From a virus: 64,000 bases of DNA. Where the stretch lies: IMG/VR virus record IMGVR_UViG_3300010158_000036, positions 32,001 through 96,000 of that record; one strand, given 5' to 3'. Positions 32,911-42,970 of this stretch are shown piece after piece. How positions within the stretch are numbered: the first letter of the stretch is position 1; every line of letters begins with the position of its first letter. The translations under genes were made by a program, and so were the position numbers. The notes under the pieces are model-generated. The model ran no database searches. It was not told the DNA's origin and was given only the letters and a program-made list of their open reading frames with translations.

Positions 32911-33657
32911 TTATTGAAAATTTTCAATAAGATTATTTTTAGTATCCGGGACTATGAGCTCCGAACCATCAATCTTAAATAGACCTGTTTCTTTCCAAAA
33001 GAAACCAGAACCCAAATTAAGACCTTTGCCGACAAGACTAAATGGAATCGGTTCAAGATCACATTCATGATTCATAGCGGCGTTAAAGTCGGCATCGCCG
33101 ACCCAGCTGCAGTTGGGACATGAATATATCTTACCTTTCCTATTACCCTTTCGGACCTGAGAACATTGATGGCACCTCTGAGACCGATAAGCACTTTCCT
33201 GTTCTACAACTGGAACCTCCAGTTCTTCACAACGCCATAAAACCTTATCTCTTATCTCAGGATTCGACCAATGAGTCATACTTCTGGAAGTTTTAACACC
33301 TTTATTGAGGTCGATGATCTTTTCTAACCTAACTTCCTGTAGGTTAGAAAAATCCAATTGGTTTATAGACCAATTGACAAAATTCTTGCGGTGTACTTGA
33401 GCTTTTTTAAAACCTCTAGAACCCTTCTTTTTTCTTGATAACCTTTTAATAACTGATTGAAGAGAATGTCCATGACAATCCATATCCGGTGTTGTTTGGT
33501 CATCGGAAAGAGTTGCAACTGTTTTAAGACCTTGATCAATACCAATAATCTTATCTCCTTGTGGTTTTGGACTCTTTTCTACGCACCAACTCAGTTGAAA
33601 ATGATTCTTGAAAATCTTAATTGAGTTACAAATTCTTCTTTTGCTTTGCAATAACAC
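32911..33657 (-). mobile_element. tnpB: N-terminally truncated TnpB/Cas12f-like RuvC nuclease
   Basis: GIDQG, VRLE, SQRCHQC..CPNC, DADFNAAMN; only 248 aa; 20-bp palindrome at its 3' end. Confidence 0.8.
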
Positions 33658-33788
33658 CTCTTACAATCCCACAAGCATGATCATAATTATATAGGAGATT
33701 ACCCGCGCCAGTGATTGCAACATCATGCGGATTTATGAAGATTTTTGCTTCCGTGTGCCATACCCTAAATTTCCGATTTCTATTCATA
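33626..33788 (-). pseudogene. YopX N-terminal fragment abutting the TnpB remnant
   Basis: MNRNRKFRVWH start, then truncated. Confidence 0.5.
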
Positions 33789-33949
33789 CATTTGTTATTC
33801 TCTAATATGTACAAACCATTTATCAACTTCACGTAAACCTTTACTATTATTACTCATATGTTGTTAAATTTTATTTAGAGTGAAGATTGTTCCTGCTGGA
33901 GATGTCATTGGTGCAATTACTTTAATCTCTTTATCCAGCACTCTAAACT

Positions 33950-34411
33950 TTATGTTTTGATTTTGACTTTGGTTAATAATTTGGGATTTTCACAAATATT
34001 TCCAATAACTATAATCTCTTTGTTGGAATATAGTTCGGCAGAAAAACATCTAATATCTTCATCATTTATTTTAAAACAATAATTGCCTTCATCAAAGATA
34101 ACGCATGCAATAAAGTTCTCATTAGAAGATTCTTCTGAACTCACCTTTACAATATCACCTTCATAGATTTCAATATCATTAGAATCATTCAGTCCTGTAT
34201 ATTGAAGAAATCTATAAAAGCTCCCATTAAAGGAGTCAAAGAATTGAACTGTAGCTCCTTCATCATCTCTAGACATCTCTTCTGGTAAAAAACAAACAGG
34301 CGTATTTTTTCCAACTTGTTTTTTCCAATTAGTAATCCATTTTTTTTCAAAACAACCCCAAACCTTAAATTTTAACTGACGAGGAGTCCAAGATAGTTTT
34401 TTATTACTCAT
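33950..34411 (-). CDS. YopX-family protein
   Basis: LKFKVW, QYTGLND.N..EIYEGDIV, VIGNICENPKLL. Confidence 0.85.
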   Translation of the reverse strand: MSNKKLSWTPRQLKFKVWGCFEKKWITNWKKQVGKNTPVCFLPEEMSRDDEGATVQFFDSFNGSFYRFLQYTGLNDSNDIEIYEGDIVKVSSEESSNENFIACVIFDEGNYCFKINDEDIRCFSAELYSNKEIIVIGNICENPKLLTKVKIKT

Positions 34412-34544
34412 AGTTTATTATTCTCTAATTTTTATTCTGTATAGTTTAAACCTGATCTAATTGATTTTCGATTCTCGTATTATTTAAAGATATATGTTTC
34501 TTTGTACACATATCAACAATTGCTTGCTGTGTTGTTTCTTGTCT

Positions 34545-34964
34545 CATTTTAGTAATTCTGGGTTTTCAAAAATATTTCCAACAATAATACAATAGTTTCT
34601 AACTTCGAGTCAATGCCAGCCGTTATCTCCAATAGGATCTTTTTCTACGAAAAACATACCAACCGTTATTTGAGTCATATTTACAAAATATATTTTTATT
34701 TACTGTGTCAGAAGTATTGGATGCTTCATCAAAATTATAATGCACAATATCTCCCTCACAGATTTCTACATTATTATTATCAAAGAGTCCTGTGTATTGT
34801 TGAATGATAAAGTTATCGGTTTCATCTGTTGCGCTATACCATTCATCATATAAATCGCTGAAAACCTTTGTTTCTATTTCTCCACTATGAAGATTTAAGA
34901 AATATTTTTCTAAATTACCTCTAAAACACTCACCATCCCACACTCTAAACTTAATTTTTCTCAT
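34545..34964 (-). pseudogene. YopX-family gene with frameshifted C-terminus
   Basis: MRKIKFRVWD, QYTGLFD.N..EICEGDIV; the IVGNIFENPELL tail lies in another frame near 34550-34590. Confidence 0.7.
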
Positions 34965-35486
34965 CTGTAAATAGATTGTTCGGATTCATATAAAGATTCA
35001 AGAATTTCAATTCTAGTTTGAGCTGCATAACATAATTCGTGAATAGTTGGCTCAGATTCACCCATATTAATTTCTGAGTAATTTTTGTCTGCCAACTTCT
35101 TGATTTTATTATAGAAATCTTTACTATTAAAATATTTAGTAAGAAATGTTGTTGCTGCATATTCCAACTCAGGATCTGATAGAAAATGATTTCTATAATA
35201 TGGTTCACGGTCATCATCCATAATAATCATGGGATTATCTCCAAGAAGAGGACGAAGAATATCTGCTAATGGATATTTATTCATAATTTTTAATTTTATC
35301 GTTTTGAATTTTAGTTTTTGCTTGAATTAATAACATCCATGCATTTTCCAGATAAGATAAAGCTTTATTATGATCTGCTGAGTTTGCCGCATAATCAAGT
35401 TGATGAATTGCAGCATGAATTTCATCATACGCAATTGAGAACTCTCTGCCATCTAACATTGCATTAATTTCTAAATTATTCATATA

Positions 35487-36185
35487 TTATGGTTTATGTT
35501 CGTAAATTTCTTCAATATCAAGTATTCTGCTAGTGCATATTCCGTTGGGTGAAACAGCCCAATCTTTACAATGGAAATGACCTGCATAGTGCCTCTTTGC
35601 TCCACACTGTTCAATCAATTGATTATGAGCAATTCTTTCTGCATAGCGTTCATCCCATAGAGAAATGTCCTTCAATGTCCATGATGCAAGACCTTCTTTA
35701 TCGAAGGGGCCACAATATGCTGGGGCGGAGTGCGTAACAAGTACATCACATTGCACAACTTTATCTGGTTCATACACAAACTTTTCTCCAGCCCACCATG
35801 ATCGTCCAGGAACTCTATACAATCTATCAATAGAAATAGCGCCTCCTACAAATTGAATAAGTTCACTATTAATCACTTCTGTATAATAATCTGATAACAA
35901 CTTGAAATGAGATAATGTAATTTGCTTTGGACCTGAGAAATAATCCGGATCATCGTGATTCCCGCGGATAGACATGAAATGAATATCACGTGCTGCGAAA
36001 AGATCATTCAGTTTAGAGCATGCCCGCCATTCACCAGCTGCGCTATAATTAAAGCCGATGCCAAGATCACCAACACAAATGAGATAACAATTCGATAAAT
36101 CAATACGTTTCACTTGATCTACAAGACGACCAAATGCACCGTGAATATCTCCAATCAAAAGTAAAGGTTTGTTGTAATTAGACAT
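35487..36185 (-). CDS. Calcineurin-like metallophosphoesterase
   Basis: GDIHG, VGDLG, GNHD, THSAP, GHFH. Confidence 0.9.
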   Translation of the reverse strand: MSNYNKPLLLIGDIHGAFGRLVDQVKRIDLSNCYLICVGDLGIGFNYSAAGEWRACSKLNDLFAARDIHFMSIRGNHDDPDYFSGPKQITLSHFKLLSDYYTEVINSELIQFVGGAISIDRLYRVPGRSWWAGEKFVYEPDKVVQCDVLVTHSAPAYCGPFDKEGLASWTLKDISLWDERYAERIAHNQLIEQCGAKRHYAGHFHCKDWAVSPNGICTSRILDIEEIYEHKP

Positions 36186-36939
36186 AAGGTTTTCGGGATT
36201 CTAGGATGATATCTGCAGCAAGTTCTGTATCAAATTTATATGAAATCTTTGAAGTAGATATCACGGTTTCTAATTCATGAAACTTATTATTTACAATTTT
36301 TGTTAATTGTTCACAGGTGAAATTCTCAGGATGATTTTTGATTTCCATTAGAAAATCGTGATAAGCTTCATCAGTATCAGACACCTTTACCATATATTCA
36401 CCAGTCTTAAAAAAGACAATACCTACTTTGCATAGGCGAAGAATTTGAACAAAATTCTTTGGGGAGAATCCATACTTGTTAATAGTATTTTTTCTGAGTG
36501 ATCCAAGCTGACCTGATCGCTCTCCTGTAGCAAGCCGAATTTCAGAATAAACATATCCCTTTAACGAAGATTTTAATAGATTGGTGTCGATTAATTTATA
36601 TCGGTAATAATGAATTGTTTTGAATAAATCTGTCATACATGTAAATGCAGATTCTGGAGCAAATAAAATTTCAAGTACTTGTGTATTTGTTTTTCTCAAT
36701 AATTTTAAGTACCGAGAAAGTTCATAATATGTGGAGTCAATTTCATTTGTTTGAACAATAGACTCAATTGTATCAAATCCAGTAATATATTTCTTATCAG
36801 TTGCAACGAAAAGCCCTCTATAGTCTACGTCGCTGTAACTATTATGCAAATTATACAATGTGCTGCCGCCAATCAGTTGACAAATCAGCTTACCATTACA
36901 ATTAATAAATGCCGGGTGTTTAGTAATGTCAGTTTCCAT
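36178..36939 (-). CDS. Pol-beta superfamily nucleotidyltransferase (NrdC.11-like)
   Basis: GGSTLYNL....SDVDYRGLF, N..VLEILF. Confidence 0.8.
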   Translation of the reverse strand: METDITKHPAFINCNGKLICQLIGGSTLYNLHNSYSDVDYRGLFVATDKKYITGFDTIESIVQTNEIDSTYYELSRYLKLLRKTNTQVLEILFAPESAFTCMTDLFKTIHYYRYKLIDTNLLKSSLKGYVYSEIRLATGERSGQLGSLRKNTINKYGFSPKNFVQILRLCKVGIVFFKTGEYMVKVSDTDEAYHDFLMEIKNHPENFTCEQLTKIVNNKFHELETVISTSKISYKFDTELAADIILESRKPYV

Positions 36940-36977
36940 ATGATTATTATATTAGGATTAGTTAGACTTGCAAATAG

Positions 36978-37463
36978 TTAAATTGGGATTGGCAGCCTTA
37001 CTACAGTTACTTGCAATTCATTCAATTCTTCTCCGACAATTTTCAGAACTGTATTCCAATCACCTCCAGCTCGGTCAGAACCCATACGATACGGAATTCC
37101 GATTTCGGTCACTCTATTTCTCAACAGATACTCTTGAGTTTTTGCAAGACATGTTCTCAATGCTTCATAATCAAGATGTTGTTTTCCTCTACCATAATTT
37201 TGTTGAGCGTGAAGATTAATTACACATTTTTTAAAATTTGGTAAATATGGCCAAGCATAAGAAATAGTACCAAGAACAAGCCCATGCTTTTCTTGGTATT
37301 TTTTATAGTTAGTGTATGCTCCAGGAACATAATTACGAATAGAAAATGCAATTCCAGATCCCATTACTCCTTGACAATTACATATATGAGCGATGGCACA
37401 ATGATTACCTTTGTGAAAATAATCGTGTAACAGATCCCCATCAATTTCAATAATATTATTCAT
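36978..37463 (-). CDS. Macrodomain protein (ADP-ribose hydrolase-like)
   Basis: GDLL, IAHICNCQGVMGSGIA, PYRMGSDRAGGDW. Confidence 0.9.
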   Translation of the reverse strand: MNNIIEIDGDLLHDYFHKGNHCAIAHICNCQGVMGSGIAFSIRNYVPGAYTNYKKYQEKHGLVLGTISYAWPYLPNFKKCVINLHAQQNYGRGKQHLDYEALRTCLAKTQEYLLRNRVTEIGIPYRMGSDRAGGDWNTVLKIVGEELNELQVTVVRLPIPI

Positions 37464-37466
37464 ATT

Positions 37467-37817
37467 TTACCACCAAGAATCATATACAATTTCCAAACCA
37501 GCTTTAAGATAATTTCGGGCATTTACAATGAATTGTAAATCATCATTTCTATGATATTTTATATTATATGATTCAGTACTATTATAGAATGAATCTTGAT
37601 TAATACATAATTCCAAAGCATCAATATCAGCAGAAGTGATATCTACGCAAACACAATTGAATTCTTCTGTGTTTCCTTTGGAGCGCCATAGAGTTTCCAT
37701 CCAATCATGAATTGGATAATGCTTTCTCCAATAATGAAATTCTTTCAAAACAGAAAGAGAATTTGGTAAACGATAGTATGCGTATGAATCAAGTCCCATA
37801 TGATTACTTCTTTTCAA
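37467..37817 (-). CDS. Conserved hypothetical phage protein
   Basis: MGLD.Y, YWRKH..IH.WM, C-terminal YDSWW. Confidence 0.6.
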   Translation of the reverse strand: MKRSNHMGLDSYAYYRLPNSLSVLKEFHYWRKHYPIHDWMETLWRSKGNTEEFNCVCVDITSADIDALELCINQDSFYNSTESYNIKYHRNDDLQFIVNARNYLKAGLEIVYDSWW

Positions 37818-38040
37818 TTACAAGATACGTATTATCAATAATAGACCAGTTATAGGTTGTGCCTAGATATATAGATTTTTCTTTCAAGTCTCCGCAACTA
37901 GTAACCTGTATATTCAGGTTTGGTTCGCCAAGAGCATCGGCAAGACAGACACAAATATAATCAATATGATTTCTTGCATCATAACCACCATTCAAAATGG
38001 CAAGATTAATAACATTTTTAGACTTCAGTTTTTCCTTGGC

Positions 38041-38089
38041 TTTCTCTAGTTTAGCTTCCTCTAGTTTAGCTTCCTCTAGTTTAGCTTCC
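38041..38089. repeat. 15-bp tandem repeat x3 (LEEAK) in ORF 37804-38322
   Basis: tctagtttagcttcc repeated. Confidence 0.8.
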
Positions 38090-38640
38090 AAATACTTCAG
38101 ATTCTTTTTAGTCTCTTTAAGTTCTGCTATAAGTGATTCAATGTTAGAAGCACCTACAGGAATTTCTGCAAAACACTCGGTAGGGTAACAATAGAGATAT
38201 CCTTGATCATTAATAACTTGATATCCATCCGCACTGATACTCTCGACGATATATTCGCGGTTGAGAGTTAGAGCTCCATAAACTTTTCCCAGATCCACAC
38301 ATTTCACCATTTTTTTATTCATATTAATGTATTTTTAGATTTCTAAATCTCATTTTGTGTAATATTCTCGTTCAGCTTCAAAATCTTTCAAGCCCCCCCC
38401 CCCATTCTTTTTCCATTTCATCAGAAATATCCATTAGAGCATCAACTGGGTCCCGATAAGACCAGAAGCCGAAGAATTCATCTTCTTGACCTTCAAGCTT
38501 AGTTCTGGCTTTCTTATCAAAAAACAATCGGTTATCTCGACAATGAGAACACGATCCATGGCACCGACAAGTGTAATCAAACCTGCGCGAATCGTGCTTA
38601 CGAGGATAATCTTGTTTTTTGGAGCGACTCATATTGACTT

Positions 38641-38715
38641 GGTGTTCCTTACGGGCTCAATATACTACAAAAACCAAGCCTTGTAAACAAAAAAGTGCAT
38701 AAAATCCAATTTATT
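38641..38715 (-). promoter_or_regulatory. Early promoter cassette
   Basis: TTTTTTGTTTACAAG...TAGTATATTGAGCCCGTAAGGAACACC. Confidence 0.8.
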
Positions 38716-38777
38716 TTCATTTTTGCGACAAATTAAGAGCGTTATTTGGTTTTATAAATAATTTCACATAGAATTCC

Positions 38778-39590
38778 ATGATTATCAATACATATTTGCA
38801 GAAACCCGGAGGAATGGGGTTAGGAGATTTCCTTAGAGGATCCTTAGCGCTTTATCAAATGAGTCACCGATATAGTGTAAGAGCAGAAATTGACTTCAGC
38901 CATCACCCCATAGGTAAATATCTAGTTCCATCTCATAATGTTGATATGTCAAAATTTGAAATAATAGAAGCATGCAATATTGGTAATTATACGATAGCCG
39001 ATTTAAGAGACCTTATTGCAAGGCGCTACAGATTTTCATATCTTGCTCGTAATGCGAATAATATTTGTGTTTATACAAACGTATTTCCTAAATTTCCGAT
39101 AACAGAAGAAATCAAGCAAAGTATGCAACGAGCCTTGATTCCAACTCCTGAATTACAAGACTTAATTCCTCAATATGAGCAAGCATATGAGGTGATTCAT
39201 ATTAGATCGGGAGATTTAATTGCATTCGGAACGTGTTACGATTATACTGTAAATCTTGATAAAGATTATTTGGTTGCATCCATTATAGGCTCTATAAAAC
39301 AAATCGTAGCAAACAGTTCATGCCCAGTGTTAATAATGTCAGATTCTCTTGAATTGAAAACTACATTAACTGAACTTTGTGGTACGGTTAAAACTGAAAC
39401 AACCCCAGCACATGTAGGAAATGATTTTAATGGAGTTGTAGATACATTGATAGATTATTTCACCCTAACAAAAGCTAGAAAAATACATCAATTTACAACC
39501 CATTTTTGGGGCAGTGGGTTTTCGGATTCAGTCTCGTGGATCTTTGACATACCAATTCAGAAATATCCTCTTATAGAGAATAGATTATAA
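38778..39590 (+). CDS. Fucosyltransferase-like glycosyltransferase (NodZ/GT-B type), late gene
   Basis: GLGDFLRG, IHIRSGD, IMSDS, DYFTL..A, SGFS; TATAAATA at 38753-38760. Confidence 0.65.
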   Translation: MIINTYLQKPGGMGLGDFLRGSLALYQMSHRYSVRAEIDFSHHPIGKYLVPSHNVDMSKFEIIEACNIGNYTIADLRDLIARRYRFSYLARNANNICVYTNVFPKFPITEEIKQSMQRALIPTPELQDLIPQYEQAYEVIHIRSGDLIAFGTCYDYTVNLDKDYLVASIIGSIKQIVANSSCPVLIMSDSLELKTTLTELCGTVKTETTPAHVGNDFNGVVDTLIDYFTLTKARKIHQFTTHFWGSGFSDSVSWIFDIPIQKYPLIENRL

Positions 39591-39591
39591 T

Positions 39592-40131
39592 TTATCCATC
39601 GTATCCCGGCTCAACCAAAAATCCTTGTTTTGAGCTAAAGATAAATGTCCTAATTGCTTCATCTGATATAAGAATTTTCTCCACAGCTTTCACAAATTCA
39701 GATACGGATCCATGTCCAAGATCGGAACAGAAATCACAGAAAGTATCTACGAGGGAATCATTGAATGAATCTTCATCAACGGCTTCTACTACAGTATATG
39801 GGGATATTGTAACATTCCTTTTCAAAGAATACTCATAAGATGTTAATGAAGTTACAACCTTAGCCTGTGTGAATAGTTCGATGATAGTGATAAGCCTATC
39901 AAATAATGTCTGATTTCCAGTCTTTACAGCAAAGAATAATAGTAGAGCACTTTTATCCTGAGGCGTTGCGTTTGAAGCATTGGGGCCAGATTCTAACGCA
40001 ATCTGAATCTCATTATTTTTATTAGGAATAAATGTACAATCAAGAGGATTTTGAGGATTCATCGGACAGATGGAGAACGCAGATGTACTGGAGCTGTTGC
40101 TCTCCCATACGGATTTTCTTATTGTTTTCAT
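39592..40131 (-). CDS. 'E[ST]NSSST'-motif protein A
   Basis: N-terminus MKTIRKSVWESNSSSTSAFSI. Confidence 0.7.
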   Translation of the reverse strand: MKTIRKSVWESNSSSTSAFSICPMNPQNPLDCTFIPNKNNEIQIALESGPNASNATPQDKSALLLFFAVKTGNQTLFDRLITIIELFTQAKVVTSLTSYEYSLKRNVTISPYTVVEAVDEDSFNDSLVDTFCDFCSDLGHGSVSEFVKAVEKILISDEAIRTFIFSSKQGFLVEPGYDG

Positions 40132-40384
40132 ATGTTTATTTTGTGTTTATACTTCTGTGGTTCCAAAGAATACTGTTTTATTTGATAACTTTTTTTGACT
40201 TGGATAATAATATGATCCTTCTGCCGGATCATTTCCGTCCCAATTTACGAACAATAAATCCGTTCTGGTTCTATATTCATTCTTAGTAACAATATCAATA
40301 TTTCTTTCTGGAGTTTTCCAACGAAATCCCGCAATATACAGATTTTCAGTCATCTTATAGAGATTCTGTTCAAGTTGAATTCTA

Positions 40385-40747
40385 CTAATTCCAAGGAATC
40401 ATTACAATACTCTTTCGCATTACTTTTTGTTCATATAAAGCAATCGTATTCATTAGAGTGCTCATACCTTGTTGACGAACGCCCAAAATAATCTTAGTGT
40501 TCTGAACTGCGATATAAGAACACTTTGAACCTAATGAAGAATGATTGTTACTATATTCCTCATAATAAAGAGTTTGATATGAATTCATCTCGAATCCATT
40601 CGCCATAAGAAAGAATTCCTCAAAGGAGATAAGTTCTTTTACATTCGGTATTACAGGTTCTGCTTTAGGAAGCTCTGTTCCTTTTAGAATGCCCATTGAT
40701 GCTGCAGTAACAAGCAAGGAATTAATAACAAATGGTCGACGTTTCAT
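40385..40747 (-). CDS. Hypothetical: twin-Arg-like leader plus terminase-ATPase-like fragment
   Basis: MKRRPFVINSLLVTAA; YQ...IILGVRQQGMSTL. Confidence 0.35.
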   Translation of the reverse strand: MKRRPFVINSLLVTAASMGILKGTELPKAEPVIPNVKELISFEEFFLMANGFEMNSYQTLYYEEYSNNHSSLGSKCSYIAVQNTKIILGVRQQGMSTLMNTIALYEQKVMRKSIVMIPWN

Positions 40748-40753
40748 ATTTAT

Positions 40754-41713
40754 TTATTTTTCTGATAGAATTAAATTACCACAAGTGATTTTACTTTCAT
40801 CTTCTTCTTTACTAGCAATGAATACAATTACATCATAACCAGCATTTTTTAGAGCAGTCTCTGTCGATGAATATGGTGTATATTCAGTCCAATCACCAGA
40901 AGGCATCATGTTCTTATTATTAACTGCTCTAGTTTTATGTAAAGGTGTGAGCTTGCATAAATAATATTCTGGATCAAAATACTTAAGTAAAACATCTGGA
41001 TCAATTTCCCAATCGCCAAGCGCAAAATTAAGAGTAATCTTACGACCTTTGGGAACAAGACCTTTCATGATTTTTGTAATATCTTCAAGACTTGATTGAC
41101 TTTTACCAAACATCTTATTGCGATGAATCTCATTGGTGCTATTAATGGAAAGTTGTAATCCGGCTTCACCATCAAGCAAGTGATTCTTAATATCCATCCA
41201 TTCATGAATAAATGTTTTCAGCCTTGTATTGTCCTTGGGCATCATGGTGGAAACAACAGGATGAATTTTGTGATTTCTATCAATTGCTGATTTCATCCAG
41301 CCTGTAACTTCTAACACTGCGAAATTCCATGACGGCTCTCCCATTCTGGCAAAATGGAGATTGAGACGATTACTATAACTCACTTCTGGGTGTAAAGATA
41401 GTCCAGTTAATATTTGATTTCTCATATCTGAGAATGTTGCATTAACCCCTTTACCAAGTTTTGGAACATCACAGAACGTGCAACGCGAATTACACCCATA
41501 TTGAGTTGAGAGTGTAATTACCCATTTTTCTTCCAATGGTAATAGCTTGGTATGACATACCTGACTCAGTTCTCTATCAAGACCCATAAAGTCAGCTTTG
41601 AGATTAACATCCTTGCCATAATCGCCAATAGATAACATCTCTAATTTACCAACTTCTCCTTGAACAATTAGAATATCTCCTGTAGGAACTTCAATACGCT
41701 TTAGAATGTTCAT
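40754..41713 (-). CDS. RlmN/Cfr-like radical SAM protein
   Basis: STQYGCNSRCTFC, FARMGEP, LQLSINS, C-terminal TCGNL. Confidence 0.8.
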   Translation of the reverse strand: MNILKRIEVPTGDILIVQGEVGKLEMLSIGDYGKDVNLKADFMGLDRELSQVCHTKLLPLEEKWVITLSTQYGCNSRCTFCDVPKLGKGVNATFSDMRNQILTGLSLHPEVSYSNRLNLHFARMGEPSWNFAVLEVTGWMKSAIDRNHKIHPVVSTMMPKDNTRLKTFIHEWMDIKNHLLDGEAGLQLSINSTNEIHRNKMFGKSQSSLEDITKIMKGLVPKGRKITLNFALGDWEIDPDVLLKYFDPEYYLCKLTPLHKTRAVNNKNMMPSGDWTEYTPYSSTETALKNAGYDVIVFIASKEEDESKITCGNLILSEK

Positions 41714-41716
41714 ATA

Positions 41717-42670
41717 TTAAATTTTTACCTTTGCAAACAAATTCCGAATATCTTCAGAACCATCAAATTTAAACCTTACATTCGATGTTGAAGCCCGAGC
41801 AAAATTCTGCTCAACTGCATCGCAATAGCATGTATGATTTCCGTCAAGACCTTGAAAATTTTCAGCCCAAATCTCTTTAGAAACTTGATTCTGTAGATCT
41901 AGTTGATCCAAGCCTAGATTGTCGAAGCTAGCAATAATCCCATCAATCTTAAATAGTTCCTGTATATATTCATTTTTCCATTTATCAAGTTCGAGTTGCA
42001 ACGCAGGATTGTAATAAGAAATACCATTGCCGAACTGTTTGTACCCGAGCAACAAAATCTTCGGTTTGATATTACGAGCTTTACTCCATTCGATAACGGC
42101 TTTGCAATCATTAAGATTATGCACACCAAGAATCAAATGAAACACAACATTTTTATATTCAATATTAGTAGGCAACTGTTTCAGAGAGACAGGACCGCGA
42201 TATGAAATGCCAAGTCCATAAATGAGTTTCTCATCTTGAAATTGTTGAATCATGACTGCATATTCCTTCATGTGCAGTATATTCATTGTCACATTAGATA
42301 TAACACCGTATTCTTTCATAGTCTCCAGAAAGTCTTTAATATCGGGATGTGACAAAGGATTACCACCTCCGATTGCTAATTCAGTTCCGAGCTTTTGAGT
42401 CTTCCAGATTTTCTTTATAGGTTCTAGATTCGCGTGGCGGCCAGATATGTTAGATTGCTCATGACAGTAAACACACACTGAACTTAATGAGCAGTTGTTG
42501 GTAATTTTGATGTCTGCGCTTTCTGGATATTCTACCCACGGATTTTCCTCATCAGGCCATTCGCGAATTTTAGTCCCGTCACTATAAATTTCTACATTTA
42601 CATTGCCATTCTTATAGGAATATAGTAGTTCTGTTGCTTCAATTTTGTTCATAATAATAGTGTGTTTCAA
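41717..42670 (-). CDS. Radical SAM protein (CX5CX2C)
   Basis: YKNGN...DGTKIR, DIKITNNCSLSSVCVYCHE, ELAIGGGNPLSHP, N.T.N. Confidence 0.85.
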   Translation of the reverse strand: MKHTIIMNKIEATELLYSYKNGNVNVEIYSDGTKIREWPDEENPWVEYPESADIKITNNCSLSSVCVYCHEQSNISGRHANLEPIKKIWKTQKLGTELAIGGGNPLSHPDIKDFLETMKEYGVISNVTMNILHMKEYAVMIQQFQDEKLIYGLGISYRGPVSLKQLPTNIEYKNVVFHLILGVHNLNDCKAVIEWSKARNIKPKILLLGYKQFGNGISYYNPALQLELDKWKNEYIQELFKIDGIIASFDNLGLDQLDLQNQVSKEIWAENFQGLDGNHTCYCDAVEQNFARASTSNVRFKFDGSEDIRNLFAKVKI

Positions 42671-42970
42671 TTTGATCTAAAGTTTTTTATTTGTAACCAT
42701 TTACATCGTGTGGATATGCAATCAACTCAGTTTTAAGTTTAGTTTCATTATCTTGAATCCATTGTTTGCCGTCAGGATCGGTTGTAAAACATACAAAATC
42801 TGGCCGATTCATAATTTTATCAATTATATGATCAAGATTTTCTAAATCTCTTAAAATTGGATCTCTTTTAATGACGTCAAATCCTGATTCATTAGAAATC
42901 CAAAATAACAGGAGAGCTGGATATTCCTGTTTACGAATAAAATCTATGATGAATTCTTTCCGATCTTTTT

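Noticed and set aside
32876-33700. CRISPR array next to the TnpB/Cas12f-like gene
   Set aside because: No repeat-spacer array seen here or elsewhere; the promoter cassettes are kilobases apart
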